In this document: positions 20,625 through 31,213 of the stretch, one piece after another
Numbering within the stretch: position 1 is the stretch's first letter
Layout: the number at the start of each line of letters is the position of its first letter
From: an uncultured Verrucomicrobiae bacterium
GTDB taxonomy: Bacteria > Verrucomicrobiota > Verrucomicrobiia > Chthoniobacterales > Terrimicrobiaceae
Length of the DNA stretch: 64,000 bases
Reading direction: 5' to 3'
NCBI GenBank assembly: GCA_963706955.1
Contig: CAVPOC010000003.1
Span: 683,395 to 747,394, forward strand
Notes under the pieces: model-generated
The model's input: the letters and a program-made list of their open reading frames with translations, nothing else
Databases searched by the model: none
Told to the model about the DNA's origin: nothing
Position numbers and translations under genes: made by a program

Positions 20625-21992
20625 CGGACAGCTCCCGTCTCGAGCTGCTGGGCGCGCGCGAGATCTTCTTGGGAGTCGGCGTAACGCTCGAGGCGTTGAA
20701 GGATGGCAGCCCTTTGCCTATAGAAGCGCGCTTGCGGCTTCGCCGCGATTGCCCTGTCGGAGAACGCGAGCGCCAACTCCAGCTGCGAAGCACCCAAGGC
20801 CGCCTCTGCCAGGCCGCTTAGAGAGTCCGCGAGCACCTCGGGAGCGGATTTCGCCGACTCCACCATCCTCAACTCGGCAATCGCCTCTTCGATTTTGCCG
20901 AGCTTGGCCAGAGCGGACATCTTTGCCGCGCGCGCAGTTGCCCTGCTGGGATCGAGGGAAAGCGCGGACTGGGCGTCGCGCAAGGCGAGCAGCCCCTGCT
21001 GCGCTTTCTCGCGGAGCTCGACGCTCCGCCCGAGCAAGGCGGAGACATCCTTCGGATCTTTGGAAATTTGCCGGTCCAGCCGCCAGAGATCGTCCAGGAG
21101 CGGTCAGGGTCGGGATCGGCTTCGATACGTCAACCTCGAGCTTTTCGCGCGCGTCCTTGGCCGAAAGCCGACCTGTGCGACTCGATGCTTCGGCGAAAAG
21201 AATCAGCGCGGCCACAGAATGTGGATCGACGTTCCGCGCAGCCTCGGCGTCGTTGAACGCAGCGCCATTCGCGGCGTCTGTCGAAAGATACCAGTAGGCT
21301 CGCGAAATGAGCGCGGCCGAATCCCCTGGCTGTTCCGCAAGGACGTTGCTCGCCGCCCGAATCCCGGCGACGGCCGTCCGCAAACGATCAAAGGATGGCC
21401 GATTGTTTACCACGCTTTCATTCTCCGGGTCGGTCCGATCCGCGGCTTCGAAATCCCTCAGCGCGCCCGCGAAATCCTGCAAGCGGCGCCGTGCCCCGGC
21501 GCGCGCGACCAGCAAACTGGCATCCGTTTCCACGCCTGGAGCCTTGCTCAGTAGATCCACAGCCTTCTTTGGCTCGCCCATCTTATCGAGATAGCCGGCC
21601 AATCGACGGGTCATCCCCAAGTCTTCGGGATGCTCAGCGAGATAGCGCTCCAGCAGTGCGACCGCTTCGGTCTTCTTGCCCTCGCGAACGAAAAGAACCG
21701 TCGCTAGAACCTTCGCGCGGAGCGCCGCTGGAGCCTGCTGCCAATCGCGCACGATGCTCTCGGCCATTTCCAAGTCGTCGATCGACAACCAGAGGTCGGC
21801 CAAGCGCGCGCGCAGGGCGGTGTCACGAGGCTCCTGTTCGAGGATGCGCCGGATCAATTCAATTTGCGCATAGGTGTCCTCGTCCTTTTCCGCGAGCGCG
21901 AGCTGCTCGCGCAACGAGAGCCCGGCCGCCGTGTGACCAAGCGCCATGAACAGGACAAGAACCAGCGTGAAAGCCCAATGACCCATCTTCAT
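20621..21992 (-). CDS. Exported tetratricopeptide-repeat protein (one apparent frameshift near 21097)
   Basis: ORFs 20718..22055 and 20621..21037 join if one C is removed (...TLTALDDLWRLDRQISKDPKDVSALLGRS...); TPR-like helical repeats and a signal peptide. Confidence 0.75.
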
Positions 21993-22261
21993 TGATACGA
22001 AGCTCCGGGAATATTTTTCAGGTCCGGAGATCTGGCGCCTCAGGCAGTCAAGCAAGCCGCTGTCGAGGGTGGCAGGGGTTTGGCGCTCAAAGGTCGATGA
22101 AAGACAGGCAAATAGCGCACAGGACCATCCTAACAGTTTCGCATCGGTGTCTCACTTTTGCGGGTTTTCCAAACCCGGTATCCACATTATTCGATCGGGC
22201 GCCAAACTTCAATTGCACAACACGTCGGCGAAAGCGCCGCAGCATCTCGAGGCAGTTACAA

Positions 22262-23758
22262 TCAGACCTGTTGCTCGTTGAGGCGGAGAATCTGGTTCGA
22301 ACGCGAAACCACCGCTTCAGCAAGTTTGGCATCCTTTGCCAAAGATTCGCCGAAAGATGAAATCATCTGCTTGATTTTTCCCGGCCAATCAGCCGCTGCC
22401 ATTTGATCCTTAAAACAGCGCCCGAGCAGTTGAAGCATGATCGAGACAGATGTCGATGCTCCCGGCGATGCGCCAAGCAGCGCAGCCATCGAGCCGTCCG
22501 ACGAGCTCACCACTTCAGTGCCGAATTGGAGAACCCCGCCATGCTCAGGGTCTTTCTTGATGATCTGAACGCGTTGACCGGCAACTTCCAGGCGCCAATC
22601 CTGCTTCTTTGCGGTGGGAACGAACTCTTTTAAAACGGCGAGACGATCCTTCGGAGATTGGAGCACCTGACCAATCAGGTATCGAGTCAGATCGACGTTG
22701 TCCTTCCCTGCTGCCAGCAGCGGCAAGAGATTGTCCAGCTTTACCGATTCCGCGAGGTCGAGCAGGGAGCCATGTTTGAGGAACTTGGTGGAGAAGCCGG
22801 CGTAGGGACCAAAAAGCAGCGATCTCTTGCCGTCGATCACTCGTGTATCGAGGTGAGGAACCGACATCGGAGGTGAGCCCACTGCCGCTTTTCCGTAAAC
22901 TTTCGCGTTGTGGCGGTCCACGATCGCCGCCTTGTCGCAGCGCAGCCATTGACCGCTCACCGGAAAACCACCAAAACCCTTTCCTTCTGGGATATCCGAC
23001 TTCTGCAAAAGCGGTAACGCCCCACCGCCGGCGCCAAGGAATACAAAACTCGCGTTGGCAGTCCGCTTGCTGCCATCTGCTTTGTTCTGAATATGGACAT
23101 GCCAAAGTCCATCCGAGCCGCGATGCAACCCGTGGACTCTCTGGTTGAGGTGGACGGTTACGCCCTCCTGAGCACTGAGCCACTCGATCATGGACCGCGT
23201 CAACGAACCAAAGTTCACATCCGTCCCGAGCAAGGCGCGTGTTGCGGCCACGGCTTCGCCCTGATCACGCCCCTCCATGACGAGCGGCATCCATTCTGCG
23301 AGCACCTGACGGTCCTCCGAATACTCCATCCTGGAGAAGAGATGATGTTGGCGCAGCTCCTGAAAACGTTTGCGGAGAAAATCTACGTTTTCTCCGCCGC
23401 GTACGAAACTGACATGGGGCACCGCCCGGATGAATGCCTCCGGCGCCTGCAAAACGCCCGCTTGCACCAAGTAAGACCAAAATTGTTTGGAGACTTCGAA
23501 GGATTCGTTGATGCTGAGAGCCTTCGAGACATCCACGGAGCCATCTTCACGTTGCGGGGTGTAGTTCAACTCGCAAAGCGCTGCGTGACCGGTGCCCGCA
23601 TTATTCCAAGCATTCGAACTCTCGCCGGCTATCAAATCAAGACTCTCTAGAATTTCAATCGTCCCCCTGGGATTCAGCTGTTTGAGCAACATTCCCAAGG
23701 TGGCGCTCATAATTCCAGCGCCGACGAGGACAACGTCTGGGCGAGTCTGCTCTCTCAT
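22262..23758 (-). CDS. mqo: Malate:quinone oxidoreductase
   Basis: DVVLVGAGIMSATLG, NNAGTGHAALCELNYTP, PPMSVPHLDTR, ALLGASPGAST. Confidence 0.96.
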   Translation of the reverse strand: MREQTRPDVVLVGAGIMSATLGMLLKQLNPRGTIEILESLDLIAGESSNAWNNAGTGHAALCELNYTPQREDGSVDVSKALSINESFEVSKQFWSYLVQAGVLQAPEAFIRAVPHVSFVRGGENVDFLRKRFQELRQHHLFSRMEYSEDRQVLAEWMPLVMEGRDQGEAVAATRALLGTDVNFGSLTRSMIEWLSAQEGVTVHLNQRVHGLHRGSDGLWHVHIQNKADGSKRTANASFVFLGAGGGALPLLQKSDIPEGKGFGGFPVSGQWLRCDKAAIVDRHNAKVYGKAAVGSPPMSVPHLDTRVIDGKRSLLFGPYAGFSTKFLKHGSLLDLAESVKLDNLLPLLAAGKDNVDLTRYLIGQVLQSPKDRLAVLKEFVPTAKKQDWRLEVAGQRVQIIKKDPEHGGVLQFGTEVVSSSDGSMAALLGASPGASTSVSIMLQLLGRCFKDQMAAADWPGKIKQMISSFGESLAKDAKLAEAVVSRSNQILRLNEQQV

Positions 23759-23913
23759 GTTTAACTCCCAAGTCGTCCGAAAGCCGAGATCCTGCTCACT
23801 CCTTCGCAGAACGACCGACTTCTTGGATAGCAATCTCCGGGAACCATTGACAAGCCGCGATTAGAGCACTTTCTACTCGTCCGCGATTCTCGGTCGAGAC
23901 CGCTAGATGGCGC

Positions 23914-24279
23914 TTACTGCTCGACGCCCGGCGCGAGTCTCGTCTGCGGCAAATTGTTCGAGCCCCAATCCGCGATTCCTCGCACCAGTTTGCCCAACAA
24001 CTTCCCGCTTCTCGTCAAGGAGTATTGAACCCTGCGCCCATCCCGATCGTCGCCTTTCCTGACAACAAAACCAAGATCCTCGAGGCCCTTGAGGCGCGAC
24101 GACAAAATGTTCGTGGCGATGCGCTCCTCCGAGGCCAGGAACTCGTCAAAACGCCTCTTGCCGAGGAGAAGGTCCCGCACAATGAGCAGGCTCCATCGGT
24201 CTCCCACCAGATCAAGCGTACAGGCAATGGGACAATTCGATCTTCGTTGCCGGCCAGCCCCTCTATAGCGGCGTCGCAT
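23914..24279 (-). CDS. HxlR-family winged-helix regulator
   Basis: CPIACTLDLVGDRWSLLIVRDL...RF..F...LSSRLK.L...Y.LT..G. Confidence 0.88.
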   Translation of the reverse strand: MRRRYRGAGRQRRSNCPIACTLDLVGDRWSLLIVRDLLLGKRRFDEFLASEERIATNILSSRLKGLEDLGFVVRKGDDRDGRRVQYSLTRSGKLLGKLVRGIADWGSNNLPQTRLAPGVEQ

Positions 24280-24375
24280 GCCACCCACCATCCAACGGGT
24301 TTAGTTGCATTTCGCAATCAAAAAGTGCCCGAATCACTTGCCCGAAAGCATTTACCGGATTGGTCTCAAATGGTC

Positions 24376-25005
24376 TTAACGCGATCCATAGCTGATCATG
24401 GCGATCAACACGCAGGCGAGATTCATGATCGCGGAAAAGATCGCCAGAGCCACGAATACCCTTCCTGCCAGCCATCGAACGCTCAGAATCGCCAGCAGGA
24501 TTGAACAAGGAAGGAGAATGAGCGAAGGAACCGCGGCCGTTATCGCTTCTCCGCTCGTGAAGGAGGGGACCGTCTTCATCCCGGCGGCGAAGATCATCAG
24601 GAGCGCCCAAACCGCCGCCAGCACCGCGATCACGAAAACCCCGAGGATCGCCCATCTGACGAAGCTCGCGCCCGAGATCACGGGGAGCGCCTGCACCGCT
24701 GTGCGCGAGCGTTCACCGATCGTACCTCGCGCACTTGCCAGTAAGATCCAGCCGGCCGTCAGCAAGCCTAGGCCAAGGTAGCGCAGAATGCCGGAGGCCC
24801 AGAAAAGAAAGGAGAGCTTTCCAGGATCGAGGACGATCATGAAGAGCGATAGCAGGCTGGCGAGCGTTTCGATGCCGAGACTTGCGCACAGAAGAGTCAA
24901 CCCCACATGGGAATAGCGGCTCGCCGCCTTGACCGAGAACCCGAAGGCGATCGTCGCGATCAAAAGGCTCAACCCCAAATGCCAGAGAGAAAAGGAAACG
25001 TCCAT
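24376..25005 (-). CDS. Hypothetical integral membrane protein
   Basis: 209 aa with about 6 hydrophobic helices; no family recognised. Confidence 0.6.
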   Translation of the reverse strand: MDVSFSLWHLGLSLLIATIAFGFSVKAASRYSHVGLTLLCASLGIETLASLLSLFMIVLDPGKLSFLFWASGILRYLGLGLLTAGWILLASARGTIGERSRTAVQALPVISGASFVRWAILGVFVIAVLAAVWALLMIFAAGMKTVPSFTSGEAITAAVPSLILLPCSILLAILSVRWLAGRVFVALAIFSAIMNLACVLIAMISYGSR

Positions 25006-25137
25006 GCTGCCGTTCGAATTACCAAAAAACTCCCAGGAAATACAGTCAGCGGTATTCTAGATTGGGAACCGCAACGATCTTCTCCAGGAACAATCCTGGA
25101 GGCTGGCAAATTCTGCCAGCGCACTTAGGTTTGCCCG

Positions 25138-27295
25138 GTGATCTTTTCGGAAAACAAACAACTCTTCGGATTCGATGGCATGGAGCGAATCGTGGCGGTC
25201 GAGTTCTCCGTCCCGAATCAGATCGACATCTTCGTGCGCGAACCGGACGGCTCGACTTCCATTCGTCGGGAAGAGTTTTCACCGTTTCTTTGGACGTCGT
25301 CCGCGGGCATCCCGTTGGAGGGGGCGTTGACCCTTGATCAGCTGATGACGTTTCCCGACTGGCGAAGTTATCAGGAGGCACGGTCGCGCCTTGCCAAGGA
25401 AGGAACACCCCTCTTTGCCTTCAACGATCCCGTCCAGCAATACCTTACCTTCTCAGGGCGCACACTTTTCAAGAGTATGCGCTTTGAGGATCTCCGGCGG
25501 CTGCAAATCAGCGTCCAAACTAGCAGTTTCCGGCGCCGACCGTGATACGCTCACCGCCATTATTCTTAGCGATAGCGACGGCTGGGAGCAAATCCTGCTC
25601 GTGGAGAGCGAGTCTTCGGAATCTGAACGCACCGCTCTCGAAACTCTCACCGCTATAATCCAGGAGCGAGATCCGGACGTAATTGAAGGCCACAATCTCT
25701 TCAAGTGTGACCTGCCGCTTCTCCTCACGCGCGCGAAGAAATTGAAAGTTCGACTGGCGTGGGGACGCGACGGCTCCCCACTTAGCTCACGACCGTCACG
25801 GCTGCAAATTGCCGAGAAGCTAATCCAGTATCCTAAGTTCATGGTGCGCGGACGCCATATCGCGGATACCTGGCTTCTGGCGCAGTTTTACGACGTCTCC
25901 TCGCGAGAGCTGGAAAGCTTCAGTCTGGAAAATATCGCCCGCCATTTTCGCGTTTCCGAGAAAGGTCGCGTGTCTCTCGCCCCCGAAACGATCCACCGCG
26001 CGAGCCTCGAGGATCCGGAAGCCTTCCGCACTTACGCGCTCCAGAATGTCCGGGAAGCGCGCTCGCTGGCGGGAATCCTAAGCCGCAGCTACTTCGTTCA
26101 AGCGCAAATTTTCCCTTACAATTATCAGGATGTCATCATCCGCGGGAACGCCACAAAGATCGATGCCTTGTTCCTCCGCGAATACTTACGCCGCCGCCAT
26201 TCGATTCCAGACTTTCCGGAAGTGCGACCTTTTGAGGGTGGCTACACCGACATCTTTCACACCGGGGTAATCGAAGGGGTTTGGCATTGCGATGTAACCT
26301 CCCTCTATCCTTCGTTGATGCTGGCCTTTGGCTATCTGCCGAAAAACGACGCTTTGGGTGTGCTCGAAGGGATGCTGCGAGATCTTCGCGCGTTTCGAGT
26401 CGAAGCGAAGAACGCTCTTCGCGCGGCGGCGGATCCGCTCGAGCGGGGCACGCTGGACGCCCTTCAGGGAACATTCAAGATCCTCATCAATTCGATCTAT
26501 GGATATCTTGGGTTTGCTCAGGGCCACTTTGCGGATTTCGATGCTGCGGAGAACGTAACCGCCAAGGGGCGCGAAATCCTTAGGTGCATGGTCAAATGGC
26601 TGGATGAGCGCGGCGCGAAAGTTATCGAGATCGACACCGATGGCATTTACTTTCGCCCGCCAGATGGAGTCGTCATCGATGATCTCCGGCGAGGACTAAC
26701 CGCCCAACTGCCGCCTGGCATTGAAGTCGAATTAGACAAGCGCTATCCGGCAATGTTTAGCTACAAGGCAAAGAACTATGCCCTCCTCGACGAGTCGGGT
26801 GCGCTGATCATTAAGGGGGGTGCACTCAAGTCACGTGGCATGGAGCGCTACCTTCGAGATTATCTCGAAGAGTTTCTCCGGTTGCTACTCAACGGCGAAC
26901 CGGAGAAGGCCGCGCTCCTGCGCGAAGAGGTGTCACTGAGAATCCGCCGACGCGAAATGCCCATCGCCGCGCTCGCGAAAACAGAAGCCTTGCAAGATTC
27001 GGTCGCCTCTTACACGAAAAAGATTACCGCCTCCTCACGGAATCGCTCGGCCGCCTTCGAACTCGCCATCAAAAGCGGGCGAAACTATCAGGCAGGAGAC
27101 CAAATCAGTTATTATATAACCGGAGCAACCAGGAAGGTTACGGCTTACGAGAATGCAAGACTGATTTCGGAGTGGAATCCCGAAGCCCGTGACGAAAATG
27201 TCGACTATTATGTGAGCAAGTTGGATGAACTGGCCGCACGGTTTATGGAGTTTGCTTCCAAGCGTCCGGTGCAAGCCGACCTTTTTGCGTCTTGA
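25138..27295 (+). CDS. Family B DNA polymerase (PolII-like) with degenerate 3'-5' exonuclease; one apparent frameshift near 25520-25540
   Basis: Polymerase motifs HCDVTSLYPS, KILINSIYGYLG, IEIDTDG, YKAKNYA; N-terminal ORF 25138..25545 continues into 25391..27295. Confidence 0.88.
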
Positions 27296-27344
27296 GAAGC
27301 GAGAATCGCTCTATTATGAATTCTTGCCACTCGCCTAAGCAAGG

Positions 27345-28580
27345 ATGGCAAGGTCTAAATATTCGCCTCGGAGCGAAATCGAAAGGCCGCTGAACGTATT
27401 CGCGACGTTCCGCCGCGATGCGTCCGAGACCAGAGCCAGCTCGAAAACCGCCCCAACGAGCAATCTCCCAGTCCTGACAATGTCGAGTCTGGGACAGTTG
27501 GGTCGATTCGGAAACCAGATTTTTCAGTATGCCTTTCTAAGGATTTGTGCAAATGAGAGCGGCGCCACGGTGGAATGTCCTCCCTGGATCGGTCAGAAAC
27601 TCTTTGGGCACGCGGATGCCCCCATCTCGCGCCGTTTGCGCCCAGCGATTGAACGCGGAGAATTTGTTGAAAGCCTCTTCGACCTGATTCCCGAGTTCGT
27701 GCCTTATCTGGAGAGACTCGCCGAGTTGGAGAGTTCTCGAATCGGTTCCGAAGCCCTGAGGAATGCTCCGCAAAATGTAGATCTCTGGGGGTTCTTTCAG
27801 TGGCCCACGTACCTCCTCAAACCACATCGGGAGTTCTTTTGCTCTCTGTTCGAGCCGGTTCCAGACCTCCGCACGCCGTTGGACCGGGCCCTCGAGAGCC
27901 TCCATTCCAAAGCCAAGACGATTGTTGGAATCCATGTTCGGCGAGGTGATTTCATCACCGAGCCACGAACGGGATTTGCGCTTGTTTTCCCCGCCAAATG
28001 GTATCGCGAGTGGCTCGAGAGTGTCTGGCAACAATTAGATCAGCCTCTTCTCTACGTGTGCAGTGATGACCTCGATACGCTCCTTCCAGAATTTCAAAGC
28101 TTCTCGCCGATGACCTGGCGAGACTTGCAGCTCAACCTTCCTGAAGGTCTGGGTGACCTGGCATTTTACATCGACTTCTTCATTCTGAGTCGTTGCGAAG
28201 TGGTATGCATTAGTAACAGCACCTTTAGCTTCGCAGCTTGTATGTTAAATACGAACGGTCGGATCTTCATCCGTCCCCACTGGGACCTCTCCTCAAGATT
28301 TACACCGTTCGACCCCTGGAACAGTCAACCTGTTTTGTGGTTTGGTGGCCCCAAAGCAAAGTTCCTCAAGAGTTCATGGAATGTCTTGCGCTTGGCCTAC
28401 CGCACCCAGGGATTCGCCGCGGTCCTGAGGAACATATTTTACTATCTTCCGAAAAGCCACCTTAAGGTTTTCGCGCTTCGCATTTACTTGGCCTATCAAA
28501 TGAAAGGCGTTGCCGGCGTTGGCAAAAGCATCTTGTGCACCTTGGGTTGGCGCTCTCTCTGGGAAAAAAAACGAAGATAG
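27345..28580 (+). CDS. Glycosyltransferase family 11 (alpha-1,2-fucosyltransferase-like)
   Basis: GRFGNQIFQYA, GIHVRRGD and ISNSTFSF motifs. Confidence 0.88.
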   Translation: MARSKYSPRSEIERPLNVFATFRRDASETRASSKTAPTSNLPVLTMSSLGQLGRFGNQIFQYAFLRICANESGATVECPPWIGQKLFGHADAPISRRLRPAIERGEFVESLFDLIPEFVPYLERLAELESSRIGSEALRNAPQNVDLWGFFQWPTYLLKPHREFFCSLFEPVPDLRTPLDRALESLHSKAKTIVGIHVRRGDFITEPRTGFALVFPAKWYREWLESVWQQLDQPLLYVCSDDLDTLLPEFQSFSPMTWRDLQLNLPEGLGDLAFYIDFFILSRCEVVCISNSTFSFAACMLNTNGRIFIRPHWDLSSRFTPFDPWNSQPVLWFGGPKAKFLKSSWNVLRLAYRTQGFAAVLRNIFYYLPKSHLKVFALRIYLAYQMKGVAGVGKSILCTLGWRSLWEKKRR

Positions 28581-28673
28581 CTTTTTACCGAGTCGAGCGG
28601 CTGCGCACTGATCCTTCCGGAACAATGGTCTTCTCTCCGGAGTTCTGCAAACCGACACCTGGGCGTTCCGTGC

Positions 28674-29093
28674 TCAGCGTTGGTCGCCGAATTTCACGCC
28701 GGCCTTCTGCACTTCACGGTAGGGCAGCAGCCAAACGAGCGACTCATCGTGCAAGTCGACCACCTGGATACGATTCCCCCAAGGATCACGAAAGTCACAC
28801 CGAAAACCAGGAATTAGTTTTAGGTGGTATTTATTTACGAGTTTGTCTCGCACTTCCGCGAGTTGCGCCTCATCGCGAACCATGATCCCAAAATGCCCGC
28901 TTCCCTCTCCAGAACGCGCTCGTTTGTTTTCGAACATGGCCAGGAACTGATGTTCGCCCAGTTTGAAGAAGGCATCGCCTTCACCTTCGTCCAGCTTCTT
29001 CAGTCCGAAGACATCAGCGTAAAATGCGACCGCTTTGTCGATATCGCCAACATCGATCGCAACATGATTGCAGCCGTACACCTGGACACTCAT
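28674..29093 (-). CDS. VOC/glyoxalase family protein
   Basis: NHVAIDVGDIDKAVAFYADVFGL, HFGI, FRDPWGNRIQV. Confidence 0.88.
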   Translation of the reverse strand: MSVQVYGCNHVAIDVGDIDKAVAFYADVFGLKKLDEGEGDAFFKLGEHQFLAMFENKRARSGEGSGHFGIMVRDEAQLAEVRDKLVNKYHLKLIPGFRCDFRDPWGNRIQVVDLHDESLVWLLPYREVQKAGVKFGDQR

Positions 29094-29231
29094 CTCTGAT
29101 ACGGAATCGGCGCCCCGCGAGAACTCGGATGCACCCGGACGAAGGCACCTCGACTGCCGTTGTCTCCTTTTCCAAACATAAAATCTGCACTATCTCCGTC
29201 GACGCGCGCAACGTGTCGAGCAACCTCCGAA

Positions 29232-29516
29232 TCAGATCTTGACCGGCACGCCGCCCAGACGAGCACTGCCGAGACAATGTGCATATCCCGCAGCCCCATT
29301 TCGCCTGGAGTTGGAACCGGCTTTTTATGTAGGACACATCTTCGGGCGCACCGGAGCTGCCGGGCGGATCAAACTCGATGTAGCCGACGGCGAACTCTCG
29401 GGACGACCTTGACCTGACAGGCATTCGGCGGTTAATGCCACGGCCCCACTTAATACCGCTCCCTGCAAGAATTTCCGTCGATTGAAGCCGGACGCTTCTT
29501 TGGATGTATCGCTCAT
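29232..29516 (-). pseudogene. Relic of Tat-exported Gfo/Idh/MocA (glucose-fructose oxidoreductase-like) gene with its core deleted
   Basis: Twin-arginine leader NRRKFLQGAVLSGAVA joined out of frame to CVLHKKPVPTPGEMGLRDMHIVSA / SARLGGVPVKI*, which resembles the GFOR C-terminus. Confidence 0.6.
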
Positions 29517-29754
29517 TTTTAGCCATCGATTCACCACGTCCGAGCGGAGGTAGATTATAGCCAATTTTCGCGACCGCAGAGCGCTTTAGGGAACAGGTCT
29601 GGTTGAAGCCGCGCGCGTCGCCTTTAACACCTCTTTTCTCCCCAAAGTGTCCTCAGAATTTCCAATCTGGGCCGCTCCCGCAGCATTTTCCCCCCGCGTT
29701 TTGGACTTGTCATTTGCACCGAAGAATACGCTCATCGCGCAAGCCAGCAGACCA

Positions 29755-31080
29755 ATGAGCAATTTGAATCTCGCCGTTCAGTTTTTTCTCCAGCTTGCGG
29801 TCATCCTGGTCTTTTGCCGGCTGGTGGGAGCGATCGCGGCGCGTTGCGGCCAACCGCAGGTCGTCGCTGAAATGATCGCCGGAGTCATGCTGGGGCCGTC
29901 CCTATTCGGACTGCTTTGGCCTGAGGCGCAACAGTGGCTCTTCCCCTGGGACGCCACGCAGAAAACGCGCGACACACAAAGCTACCTCTTCCCTGCCTCG
30001 CAGCTCGGCCTCGCCCTTTACATGTTCATTGTCGGAATGGAATTCCGGATGGACATCGTTCAGCGGCAGCTGAAGAGTTCGGTGGCAGTGTCGATCGCGG
30101 GAATGATTACGCCATTCATTCTGGGGGCAGGGCTGGCTTGGATCTTTTTCCACTTCACCGAGCTCTTTCCGGAACAAACGTCGTTGTTTGAAGCAATGCT
30201 CTTTCTGGGAGCTTCCATGTGCATTACCGCCTTTCCGATGCTCGCCCGGATCATTCATTTCAAAAAGCTCACTGGAACGACGATGGGCACCGTCGCACTC
30301 GGGGCCGGCGCCATTGATGACGCGACGGCATGGTGCCTTCTTGCCATCGTCCTCGCCAGCTTCGATAGCAATTGGAGTCATGCCATCGTCAACATCGGCG
30401 GCGGCATCGCTTACGTCAGCTTGGTCCTTCTTGTTTTGCGTCCAATGCTCGCTCGGTCCAAGGCATGGCTGGTGAACGAGGGTGCGCTTACGGATGCTGG
30501 GCTGGTGCTCGGGCTGGCGCTGATGGCACTCGGAGCTTGGTTCACTGATTTGATCGGACTCCATGCCGTTTTTGGTGCGTTCGTCATGGGCGCGGCCATG
30601 CCTCGTGGAATGGTCACGCGTGACCTGATCGGACGCATCCAGCCGGTCACGGTCGCGCTCCTCCTGCCACTATTTTTCACCTACTCGGGCCTCAACACGA
30701 AGATTGGTCTGCTCAACACCGGTTTTCTCTGGCTGATGTGTGGCGCCGTCCTCTTCGCGGCCGTGCTCGGCAAGGGAGTCGCCTGCTGGCTGGCAGCGCG
30801 CGCCACCGGTATCTCGAATCGCGAAGCTCTCGGCATTGGGACGCTGATGAACGCCCGCGGCTTGATGGAATTGATCATCATCAATATCGGCCTGCAGCGC
30901 GGTATCATCTCGGAAGGGCTTTTCGCCACTCTTGTCATCATGGCCGTGATCACCACACTGATGGCGTCGCCACTCTTTGAGCGACTCGTCGGCACCGGCA
31001 AACACCAACCCATCCCCGAACCCAACGAGCCGGTCAAAGTCCAGAACTCTCTCGGGCCGACCTCCCTCCTCAACAACTAG
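29755..31080 (+). CDS. Cation:proton antiporter (CPA2-like)
   Basis: GQPQVVAEMIAGVMLGPS, ITAFPMLARI, IDD, LMNARGLMELI. Confidence 0.9.
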   Translation: MSNLNLAVQFFLQLAVILVFCRLVGAIAARCGQPQVVAEMIAGVMLGPSLFGLLWPEAQQWLFPWDATQKTRDTQSYLFPASQLGLALYMFIVGMEFRMDIVQRQLKSSVAVSIAGMITPFILGAGLAWIFFHFTELFPEQTSLFEAMLFLGASMCITAFPMLARIIHFKKLTGTTMGTVALGAGAIDDATAWCLLAIVLASFDSNWSHAIVNIGGGIAYVSLVLLVLRPMLARSKAWLVNEGALTDAGLVLGLALMALGAWFTDLIGLHAVFGAFVMGAAMPRGMVTRDLIGRIQPVTVALLLPLFFTYSGLNTKIGLLNTGFLWLMCGAVLFAAVLGKGVACWLAARATGISNREALGIGTLMNARGLMELIIINIGLQRGIISEGLFATLVIMAVITTLMASPLFERLVGTGKHQPIPEPNEPVKVQNSLGPTSLLNN

Positions 31081-31155
31081 CTAGTCAAGTTGCCGACAAC
31101 TCGGCTTTTAGCGATAAGAAAATCTCTTCCCTGGAGGGGACAGCGCCGCGCTCCT

Positions 31156-31207
31156 GAAACTTAGTTGCGCCAATCGATTGACATCGGAACATAGTTGCGG
31201 ATACGCT
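31156..31207 (+). promoter_or_regulatory. Promoter (TTGACA-N18-TACGCT) with two repeated putative operator boxes
   Basis: GAAACTTAGTTGCG (31156-31169) and GGAACATAGTTGCG (31186-31199) bracket the -35 at 31178; ATG at 31214 follows the -10 by 6 nt. Confidence 0.6.
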
Positions 31208-31213
31208 GACGGG

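Noticed and set aside
24302..24320. TTGC-N5-GCAA palindrome upstream of the HxlR-family gene
   Set aside because: Plausible autoregulatory site, but the arms are too short to support a call from sequence alone.
25500..25545. Programmed ribosomal frameshift in the PolB gene
   Set aside because: No X-XXY-YYZ slippery heptamer or clear stimulatory hairpin; an assembly indel is the simpler explanation.
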